From: Candidatus Altimarinota bacterium
Lineage (GTDB): Bacteria; Patescibacteriota; Gracilibacteria; UBA4473
Length of the DNA stretch: 25,489 bases
Assembly: GCA_905478675.1 (NCBI GenBank)
Contig: CAJQJI010000119.1
Span: 1 to 25,489, forward strand
Reading direction: 5' to 3'
The notes under the pieces were generated by a model. It saw nothing but the letters and a program-made list of their open reading frames with translations, did no database searches and was not told the origin of the DNA. How positions within the stretch are numbered: position 1 is the first letter of the stretch; each line of letters starts with the position of its first letter. Both the position numbers and the translations under genes were made by a program. Positions 17,079 through 23,916 of this stretch are shown piece by piece.

Positions 17079-17522
17079 TTAAAAACGTTTCATATTTTCA
17101 ACCGTCGCGACACAAGCGGCGGCTAGTTCTTGTCCTTTGATAGACATATGATCAAAAAAGAACTGGTGTTGCTCTGGGTTGCTCCCATCTTCCGCAAACG
17201 TTTCTTTTGGGGTCAGTACAGCCGAAAGAACAGGCACCCCAGTTTGTAACTGCACGTTTATAAACCCCTGCAAAATAGCGTGCGCCACAAAATCATGTCG
17301 ATAAATATCTCCATCGGTTACAAAGCCAGCACAACAAATAGCGTCATAATCATTAGTTTCGGCTATCCGTTTACTCATTAACGGCATTTCTAAACTACCT
17401 GGAACTTCAAAGAGCTCAATTTCAAAGTTATCAGGGAGATTGGCGACAAAAGCGTCTCGGCACTGCCCGACAATATCGTGGTGCCAAGCGGCTTGGATAA
17501 AAGCGATTTTAGAAGTATTCAT
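17079..17522 (-). CDS. ribH: 6,7-dimethyl-8-ribityllumazine synthase, type II (RibH2-like)
   Basis: IAFIQA.WH.DIV, FEVPG..E.PL, DG.IYRHDFVA.A, VQL.T.VPVLS.VLTP, H.FF..H..IKG.E, all characteristic of RibH2. Confidence 0.9.
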   Translation of the reverse strand: MNTSKIAFIQAAWHHDIVGQCRDAFVANLPDNFEIELFEVPGSLEMPLMSKRIAETNDYDAICCAGFVTDGDIYRHDFVAHAILQGFINVQLQTGVPVLSAVLTPKETFAEDGSNPEQHQFFFDHMSIKGQELAAACVATVENMKRF

Positions 17523-17524
17523 TA

Positions 17525-18634
17525 TTAAAACTGTTCAAAAGATTCTTGGCTCGCAGTGGTTAATTCGCCAACATAATTGGTGCGCATGGCCTCATTAAAA
17601 TCTGCCACACTTTTACAAAGGTTATTTCCAATCAACCACGCAATTTTAACACTGACAGCGGCTTCTGTTTGATCAAAACAGGGGATAGCACCGGCATGAA
17701 GGGCTTTCATACCAGGTTCGTAATCTGCCCCAGAAGCATTAGCCGCCGCTACTTTGGAAGTTAAAAATACAGGAATATTTTTTGTTTGAGCTAACTTCAC
17801 AATGGGGATTAAATTGTTCTTACGTTCACTCGGTAAATTGCCCGCTGCGTAGGTTCGAATAATTAAGGCTTTTACTAAATCAGCCTTAATAACCGTTTCA
17901 ATTATTTCTGGGTTTAAACCAGGCGTTAAATCAATCGATAAAATACGATCGTCAAAATTAACTTGATCATTGGTTGTGGGTAAAAAACGATCTTGCGTAT
18001 TTACCAAACTCCGGCTAATAAATAGTTTTTGTTGTTTTACGTGTCCAATATTTGGGTAGTTTGGCGAAGCAAAGGCGGTGTAATCCGTTTCACTAATTTT
18101 TATAATTCGAGCGCCCAACATAACGTCTTTATCAAAGTTAACTAATACATCTGCAATCCCTTCTTCGCAGGCCTGCGCAATCGTTTTAAACGCATAGTAC
18201 AAATTATGATAGGCATCGGTCGCTTGTGCATAAATACTTTTTTGTGAGCCCGTAAGACACACCGGAATTCGTAAAGACGAGCCGTTAGGATTACTGCCAT
18301 GTAAGGCAAACGCTAGGGCCGAAGCCGTATAGGCCAGCGTATCAGTTCCATGTGTCACTACCACCCCGTCGTACAGTTCTTCGTTTTGAGCTTTTTTTAT
18401 ACGCAAGGCTAAGTGCGTCCAATCAACTGGCTCCATATTGCTCGAGTCTTTTGTGGTTACAAACTCTGTTGTGATTTCTAAATCCCCAGAAAACCGACTT
18501 AAAATACCCGCACAAGCGGCCGTAAATGAGTCTGGATCTTTTGCCGGGATTAAATATTTGTGGCCATTTTCGTCCTGATGTTCTAATTGACTAATGGTTC
18601 CACCGTGCAACAAAAACAATACTTTTTTAGTCAT
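17525..18634 (-). CDS. L-asparaginase type I (AnsA-like)
   Basis: GGTI (catalytic Thr), HGTDTLAYTASAL, LTGSQ, K...D..AF.SPN.P, PG, G..P..DQT.AA..K; no GatD-type N-terminal extension. Confidence 0.85.
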   Translation of the reverse strand: MTKKVLFLLHGGTISQLEHQDENGHKYLIPAKDPDSFTAACAGILSRFSGDLEITTEFVTTKDSSNMEPVDWTHLALRIKKAQNEELYDGVVVTHGTDTLAYTASALAFALHGSNPNGSSLRIPVCLTGSQKSIYAQATDAYHNLYYAFKTIAQACEEGIADVLVNFDKDVMLGARIIKISETDYTAFASPNYPNIGHVKQQKLFISRSLVNTQDRFLPTTNDQVNFDDRILSIDLTPGLNPEIIETVIKADLVKALIIRTYAAGNLPSERKNNLIPIVKLAQTKNIPVFLTSKVAAANASGADYEPGMKALHAGAIPCFDQTEAAVSVKIAWLIGNNLCKSVADFNEAMRTNYVGELTTASQESFEQF

Positions 18635-18640
18635 ATCTTT

Positions 18641-18668
18641 ATTCTAATCTTAAAAAAAAACCCTGCAA
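18641..18668 (-). promoter_or_regulatory. Putative promoter TTGCAG-N16-TAGAAT for the asparaginase gene, probably leaderless
   Basis: TAGAAT (18641-18646) lies exactly 6 nt before the ATG at 18634; TTGCAG (18663-18668) lies inside the upstream terminator. Confidence 0.5.
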
Positions 18669-18679
18669 GAGCAGGGTTT
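18652..18679 (-). terminator. Intrinsic terminator after V-ATPase subunit B
   Basis: Minus strand AAACCCTGC-TCTT-GCAGGGTTT with a total run of 9 T, 18 nt after the stop codon. Confidence 0.85.
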
Positions 18680-18697
18680 AATATTCAGTCTATCTGT

Positions 18698-20077
18698 TTA
18701 CTTATCTTTGTAGTCTGGGTGGAATTTATCGATTGTTTTTTGGTTCAAACGTTTTAGTTCTGAAACCGGGAATGGCCGTAATAATTCCCAACCAAGTTCG
18801 AGACTATCAATAATGTTTCGATCTGAATCGAAACCTTGTCCGACAAATTCTTTTTCAAACGCATCCGCAAATTTAAGGTAGGTTTTATCAACCTCAGACA
18901 GAGAACTTTCCCCCAATACTACCGCCAGCTCTCGCACATCTTTACCACGAGCGTAACAAGCGAATAGTTGATCTTTTAGTTTAGAGTGATCATCTCGAGT
19001 TTTACCTTCTCCCATACCGGCACCAGCCAAACGAGAAAGTGATTTAAGTACGTCTACAGGAGGCGCTACTTGTTTTTGGTGTAATGATCGGTCGAGTACA
19101 AACTGACCTTCAGTAATATATCCCGTCAAATCTGGGATTGGGTGAGTAATATCATCTTCAGGCATTGAAAGGATTGGCATTTGAGTTACAGAACCACCTT
19201 TTCCTTTAATTCGTCCGGCTCGTTCGTAAATAGTTGAAAGGTCTGTGTAAAGGTACCCAGGATATCCTCGTCGTCCTGGTACTTCTTTACGAGCGTCCGA
19301 TACTTCTCGTAGAGCCTCAGCGTAATTCGTCATATCTGTTAGAATCACTAATACGTGCATATCTTTTTCAAACGCTAGGTATTCAGCGTAAGAAAGGGCC
19401 ATTCGTGGAACCGCAATTCGTTCAACCACTGGATCGGCCGCCGTATTAATAAATAAAGTCGCTTTTTCAATCGCGCCTGTTCGTTCAAATTCTTTTTGAA
19501 AGAACATCGCTTCTTCAAAGGTTACCCCCATCGCTCCAAACACTACCGCGAATTCAGATCCATCATTTACTTTAGCATTACGGGCAATTTGCACCGCTAA
19601 TTCAGAATGAGGCAGACCTGAGCCAGAGAAAATTGGCAATTTTTGTCCTCGAACCAACGTGTTCATCACATCAATCGTTGAAACCCCAGTTTGAATGAAA
19701 TCAGACGGGAATAAACGAGAGTAAGGATTAATCGCTGCCCCTGAAATATCTACATGTTTTTCCGCTAATACTTGAGCGCCACCATCAATTGGGTGACCAG
19801 CCCCGTTAAAAACCCGTCCGAGCATATCGCTTGATACCCCAAGCGTTGCAATTTTCCCAAGGAACTTCGCTTTAAGCCCTTCAGTTCCTAAACCTTGCGT
19901 TGATTCAAACATTTGCACCATCGCTCGATCAGAGTGAACCTCTAATACTTTCCCCATTTTCTTACTACCATCCGCGGTAGTAACTTCAACAAGTTCTTCA
20001 TATTTAGCGCCTTCTACGCCGTCTACCACAAGAATTGGGCCGGCAATCGATTGAATGTTTTCGTACGTTTTTTGCAT
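18698..20077 (-). CDS. ntpB: V/A-type ATP synthase subunit B (non-catalytic)
   Basis: [109 protein letters not shown]. Confidence 0.96.
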   Translation of the reverse strand: MQKTYENIQSIAGPILVVDGVEGAKYEELVEVTTADGSKKMGKVLEVHSDRAMVQMFESTQGLGTEGLKAKFLGKIATLGVSSDMLGRVFNGAGHPIDGGAQVLAEKHVDISGAAINPYSRLFPSDFIQTGVSTIDVMNTLVRGQKLPIFSGSGLPHSELAVQIARNAKVNDGSEFAVVFGAMGVTFEEAMFFQKEFERTGAIEKATLFINTAADPVVERIAVPRMALSYAEYLAFEKDMHVLVILTDMTNYAEALREVSDARKEVPGRRGYPGYLYTDLSTIYERAGRIKGKGGSVTQMPILSMPEDDITHPIPDLTGYITEGQFVLDRSLHQKQVAPPVDVLKSLSRLAGAGMGEGKTRDDHSKLKDQLFACYARGKDVRELAVVLGESSLSEVDKTYLKFADAFEKEFVGQGFDSDRNIIDSLELGWELLRPFPVSELKRLNQKTIDKFHPDYKDK

Positions 20078-20129
20078 CTTAACAAAAGGGGATTAAATTT
20101 GGTGTGTGTCTCAAATTAAAAGACAAATC

Positions 20130-20163
20130 GCGCGGATTGTAAAAGGGTTTTGGGGTATGTCAA
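20130..20163 (-). promoter_or_regulatory. Sigma70-type promoter TTGACA-N16-TACAAT with GC-rich discriminator for V-ATPase B
   Basis: -35 at 20158-20163, -10 at 20136-20141, followed by CCGCGCG. Confidence 0.75.
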
Positions 20164-20202
20164 AGGTTTGAGTTCGATTTTTTAGAAGACTGGAAATGAT
20201 AC

Positions 20203-20232
20203 AAAAAAAATCCCCGTTCAAGCGGGGATTTT
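20203..20232 (-). terminator. Intrinsic terminator after clpP
   Basis: 10-bp stem AAAATCCCCG/CGGGGATTTT, 6-nt loop, 8-T run on the minus strand. Confidence 0.88.
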
Positions 20233-20258
20233 CTGCCTTATAAATCCAAAATTCTTAA

Positions 20259-20867
20259 TTACTTCTTTTTAATAACTTTATCAATTAATCCAAATTTACC
20301 ATATTTGGCAGCTTGAGCGGCTGGAATAAAATTATCTCGATCACAATCTTTAATAATTTTCTCTTTATCTTCGCCGGTGCAATCATGAATCATTCGGTAA
20401 AGCGTATCTTTTGTATCCATAATATGTCGCGCATGAATTTCAATATCAGACGCTTGTCCTTGCGTACCGCCTAAAGGTTGGTGAATCATCACTTCAGAGT
20501 GAGGCAGCGCAAACCGTTTCCCTCGCGCCCCAGACATCAAAATCATGGCCCCCATACTCGCCGCCATTCCGACACAAACCGTTGAAACATCGGGTTTCAA
20601 GTAATTCATCGTATCAATAATAGCGAGTCCAGCGGAAACTGATCCACCAGGCGAATTTACGTAAATCGTAATATCTTTTTTAGCGTCCTCCGATTCTAAG
20701 AATAACAATTGAGCAATTACTAAATTCGCCATATTGGCATCAATAGCGGTTCCAACAAAAATAACTCGGTCTTTTAAAAGTCTTGAATAAATATCATAAG
20801 AGCGCTCTCCACCCTCCGTTTTTTCCACTACCATTGGTACCAAGTGACTGCTTATATCGTACGTCAT
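20259..20867 (-). CDS. clpP: ATP-dependent Clp protease proteolytic subunit
   Basis: LVPMVVE...[24 protein letters not shown], catalytic Ser (AASMG), His (MIHQPLGG), Asp (DRDNF). Confidence 0.97.
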   Translation of the reverse strand: MTYDISSHLVPMVVEKTEGGERSYDIYSRLLKDRVIFVGTAIDANMANLVIAQLLFLESEDAKKDITIYVNSPGGSVSAGLAIIDTMNYLKPDVSTVCVGMAASMGAMILMSGARGKRFALPHSEVMIHQPLGGTQGQASDIEIHARHIMDTKDTLYRMIHDCTGEDKEKIIKDCDRDNFIPAAQAAKYGKFGLIDKVIKKK

Positions 20868-20897
20868 GTTTATTTAAATTAAATTTAAGTTCTTGTT

Positions 20898-20960
20898 ATT
20901 ATACCGCACTTAGCCTGATTGAACCAACAACTAAGCTTGCTCAATTTTATGAACATTATA
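20898..20960 (-). promoter_or_regulatory. Two tandem TATAAT -10 elements upstream of clpP
   Basis: Perfect TATAAT at 20898-20903 and 20955-20960 in a 133-nt intergenic region; -35 matches are poor. Confidence 0.4.
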
Positions 20961-21000
20961 AAGGTGGTAATTCAGCTTTAAACCTTGCACATCGAATCAG

Positions 21001-22197
21001 CTACTGCTTTTTACGGCCTAAAGTAATACCAATTCCCGCAATGGCGATAAACGCTAAAATCCCACCCACCAAACCATAGGGGATTGTACTTTCTGTGTTT
21101 GTGCCAGCACTGCCAGTCCATTTATCAAAAACCGATTCTTTGGCGTAAGCATCATCACAGGCATCCCCAAAACCATCATTATCACGATCTTTTTGATCGG
21201 CATTCTCAATCAACTTACAGTTATCAATTAAATCAGCGACGCCATCTCGATCTACATCTAGTTGTGAATAGTTTTTTACTTCTACGGCGTTATCACAAGG
21301 GTCACCAATGCGATCTTCATCTTGATCGGCTTGAGACTTATTACTAACCAGAGGACAATTATCTTCTGCATTCAAAATCGTATCGCCATCAAAATCTTCA
21401 GCCGCTAGGGGATTAAACTGCCCGTTTGCAAAGTTAAATTGCTGATCAAAATCTTGGATTTCTGACGCTCTCGATACAAAACGTTTATTGTCTAAGTTCA
21501 TATCACCATAAAGTAAGCGATAACGACGTTCAGGCTCAGCAGTAAAGTAAATTTTAGCTTCGGCTTTTTTGAAAAAATTAAGATCTTCCAAGGTAATATT
21601 AGTACCCCATAATGAGATTTCTAACCAACGTAACGGGGCGTAATCACTATCAATCAATGGATTGAAAACCGTTTCTCGCTTCAAGGTTCGTAATGAATCT
21701 TTTGTTGTTCCTGATTTCAAGGCCATCCCTTTTATATCGGCATCAAACGTTGGCCAAAGCTCTATTCGATGTAACTCTACTAATTCCCCAAAATCAACTA
21801 AAATAGTCGCAGGATTGTTGGCCTCTACTTTTTGATCAAAAGAAAAAGTAGTTAATCGATTATCATCTAATAAATTTTTGGGTTCTGAATCTTCAGCACT
21901 AGAAGAAAGTTCAATCGTCCCTAGTTTTCTAACTGGGCCGGCCGGCTCGTCAAACACAACAAATTTAGGTTGACCATTTAGATCATCCAAAACTTGCACG
22001 TTCCCATAATCTGGACGGATAAAGCGAAGCATAGAAGTAGGTAAAGTAGCCTCTATTCGCTGACTAATCTCTACTGGACCAGCATTAAGGGCTGCTACAT
22101 AAGGATAGGCCGACGGACTCGGGGCTGCCGCAAACGCCGTATGAACTAAAAAAGTACTCAACAACAGAGTCGACAATAAACGATTGTTTTTAAACAT
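21001..22197 (-). CDS. Cell-surface protein: signal peptide, discoidin/galactose-binding-like beta-sandwich, thrombospondin type 3 Ca-binding repeats, C-terminal membrane anchor
   Basis: N-terminal signal (…HTAFA); NLLDDNRLTTFS…ILVDFGELVELHRIELWP resembles F5/8-type C; TSP3 repeats D.DGD.I....DNCP..SN..Q.D.D.D.IGD.CD; hydrophobic C-terminal helix plus RKKQ tail. Confidence 0.8.
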   Translation of the reverse strand: MFKNNRLLSTLLLSTFLVHTAFAAAPSPSAYPYVAALNAGPVEISQRIEATLPTSMLRFIRPDYGNVQVLDDLNGQPKFVVFDEPAGPVRKLGTIELSSSAEDSEPKNLLDDNRLTTFSFDQKVEANNPATILVDFGELVELHRIELWPTFDADIKGMALKSGTTKDSLRTLKRETVFNPLIDSDYAPLRWLEISLWGTNITLEDLNFFKKAEAKIYFTAEPERRYRLLYGDMNLDNKRFVSRASEIQDFDQQFNFANGQFNPLAAEDFDGDTILNAEDNCPLVSNKSQADQDEDRIGDPCDNAVEVKNYSQLDVDRDGVADLIDNCKLIENADQKDRDNDGFGDACDDAYAKESVFDKWTGSAGTNTESTIPYGLVGGILAFIAIAGIGITLGRKKQ

Positions 22198-22239
22198 CTC
22201 TTTAAAGGAATAAATTAATAAGATAAAGGCGGGAAAACC

Positions 22240-22884
22240 CTAGGCTAAATCAGCCGCTGCTTCTTGAGCTTCGATCATGTTCTTAATCGCCATAACCTGA
22301 ACAATAGCCGATCGCTCAGCTTCACCAAGTTTCATTTGAATGAATTTCAAGGTATCCTCTAAATCAGGAATAAGACGGTATTCTAGTGCATTTACTCGAC
22401 GTCGAGTTTTCTCAATTTCTAAAGCCAAGTTTTCAGCTGATTTTTCAATTTCAGCTAATTCCAACAATAATAAGAAGACTTTGGCGAATTCAGAAATCGC
22501 GAGATCTAGTTCCCCACGTGTTTGCGCCAAACCATAATCAAGGGCATTTCCTTCCGTTTTAAGTTTAAAAACAGGAATACGTACCGACATGACATTTTTA
22601 GTCTTCACCTGAAGGCTTAATTTTTGCGCCGGGATAGACAGGACGTTTTCAAGCACTTCTTTCGGCAGAGCGGCTTGAGCAAGTAAAAAGCTCTCATTAG
22701 CGGCCTTAATCGCGGCCTCAACCTCTGTACGAAGCTTTTTAGCCTTATGTACAATGGTCAAAAACTCCTGCATTAAGCCATCCTGCTTATCTTTAAGTAA
22801 CTTGTGGCCACGTTTAGCAACCTTTGTTTGATTTTTAAGACCCAACATGGTCATCCGAGTAGCGGTAACATTTTTAACGGCCAT
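22240..22884 (-). CDS. ntpD: V/A-type ATP synthase subunit D
   Basis: NV.ATRM.ML.LK...K.A.RGHKLLKDK.D.L, NVMSV.IP, LAE.EK....LA.EIEKTRRRVNALEY..IP.L. Confidence 0.95.
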   Translation of the reverse strand: MAVKNVTATRMTMLGLKNQTKVAKRGHKLLKDKQDGLMQEFLTIVHKAKKLRTEVEAAIKAANESFLLAQAALPKEVLENVLSIPAQKLSLQVKTKNVMSVRIPVFKLKTEGNALDYGLAQTRGELDLAISEFAKVFLLLLELAEIEKSAENLALEIEKTRRRVNALEYRLIPDLEDTLKFIQMKLGEAERSAIVQVMAIKNMIEAQEAAADLA

Positions 22885-22912
22885 AATTTAACTTGAATAA
22901 GTTTTTTAATTT

Positions 22913-22948
22913 CGCGCGCGATTCTAAGACACCAGTTCAGGGTGTCAA
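22913..22948 (-). promoter_or_regulatory. Sigma70-type promoter TTGACA-N16-TAGAAT with GC-rich discriminator for V-ATPase D
   Basis: -35 at 22943-22948, -10 at 22921-22926, followed by CGCGCGCG. Confidence 0.75.
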
Positions 22949-23061
22949 AGCTAAAAACTCTTTTTATTTTATTTATACTGGTTTTAGTTAAAACAAGATA
23001 TATTGTGTTAAGTAAATTTTATATTGCAAATAAGCCCTCCCCGAGCCAATTGAAATCGTTT

Positions 23062-23727
23062 TTAATTCGACTGAACCAGTTCTACTAAGTATTTTTTCCA
23101 AAATTTTTCAGCTAATTGGTTTTCAGTTACTTCATTTAAGCCACATTCAGGATGCGACTGGACGCCTAGTACCTTTTTTGAAAATTCAACCAAATACGGC
23201 ATACCACATTCGGTCGTTCCAACCACTTTCGCTGTCGCGGGCAAATTGGCCACATAATTTTCATGGTACATACGAGTTCGAACGAGCTTCTCCCCTGTTT
23301 CTGTTAAAATGTTGGTTTCGCCTATTTTATAATTATCGGTTTTTTTAATATCACCCCCAGCCGCCTTAGCCAGTAGCTGCAAACCAAAGCACAGCCCAAT
23401 TACAGGCGTGTTTGCTTGATTCACTAAATACTCTGCCGCTTTTAAGGCATGTCCAATACAAGGTTCGGTGGAGACTTCTTCAAGCAAATAAGGCGAACCA
23501 CTCAACCAAATAGCATCCCAGCTACTGTCGGCTACCGTTTTAAGCAACGCGGATTCCGTTATATTTTCAACCTCAACGGTTTGCCACAATACGCCTTCGG
23601 GCCAGTAACGATCAAAGCGGTAAATACGTTTATGAGCCGTTTCACGATGCGCTAAAGGACAATCATGCTCGGGGTATTTAAAACCAGGTTTTGGCGCGTA
23701 GTGTGAGAGTAGAAGGAATTTTTTCAT
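23062..23727 (-). CDS. Class I glutamine amidotransferase (GMP-synthase-like GATase domain, stand-alone)
   Basis: Oxyanion strand LSGSP, nucleophile elbow GLCFGLQLLA.A.GG, H-P-E of the triad (GVQSHPE). Confidence 0.85.
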   Translation of the reverse strand: MKKFLLLSHYAPKPGFKYPEHDCPLAHRETAHKRIYRFDRYWPEGVLWQTVEVENITESALLKTVADSSWDAIWLSGSPYLLEEVSTEPCIGHALKAAEYLVNQANTPVIGLCFGLQLLAKAAGGDIKKTDNYKIGETNILTETGEKLVRTRMYHENYVANLPATAKVVGTTECGMPYLVEFSKKVLGVQSHPECGLNEVTENQLAEKFWKKYLVELVQSN

Positions 23728-23826
23728 ACAAAAAAAGATTGAATGACTTAATCAGAATCTGTGCGTTTGATGACGCACTAGTTTCTCTTTAAAACCAAAC
23801 AACAAAAATGATTCATTTACGGCTTT

Positions 23827-23855
23827 ATTATAACGGCAATCGCTTATGGTGTAAA
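23827..23855 (-). promoter_or_regulatory. Sigma70-type promoter TTTACA-N17-TATAAT for the GATase gene
   Basis: -35 at 23850-23855, -10 at 23827-23832; implies a 5' UTR of about 93 nt. Confidence 0.65.
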
Positions 23856-23886
23856 TAAATTCAAAAAACCCATTTTTTATATAAAC

Positions 23887-23911
23887 AGATCCTTCGTGCC
23901 TCAGGATGGCA
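23887..23911 (-). repeat. Single REP-like palindromic element (TGCCATCCTGAGGCACGAAGGATCT)
   Basis: GC-rich ATCCT/AGGAT stem with a 9-nt loop, 5 nt after the desulfurase stop, in an AT-rich intergenic region. It resembles the (G/T)CATCCTGAG…CGAAGGATCT repeat family as I recall it; only one copy seen in this window. Confidence 0.5.
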
Positions 23912-23916
23912 GGGCC

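Noticed and set aside
17523-17560. FMN riboswitch upstream of ribH
   Set aside because: Only 2 nt separate ribH from the asparaginase stop, and the unit appears leaderless.
17525-18634. Archaeal-type GatD, given nearby gatCA
   Set aside because: Lacks the GatD N-terminal domain; length and motifs fit a type I asparaginase, and there is no gatE in the window.
20868-21000. CIRCE (HrcA) or CtsR heat-shock operator upstream of clpP
   Set aside because: No TTAGCACTC-N9-GAGTGCTAA or tandem GGTCAAA; only a weak CTTAG…CTAAG repeat.
21150-21400. Repeated ATC/GATC-rich DNA as a possible CRISPR or tandem array
   Set aside because: Explained by Asp-rich TSP3 protein repeats; there are no identical direct repeats with spacers.
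23033-23048. Terminator after the GATase gene
   Set aside because: Only a 5-bp stem with two G-U pairs and a poor U-tract.
23810-23835. Purine riboswitch (TATAAT…CCGTAAA) upstream of the GATase
   Set aside because: The two motifs are only 4 nt apart, leaving no room for P2 or the GUUUCUAC junction; TATAAT is better explained as the -10.
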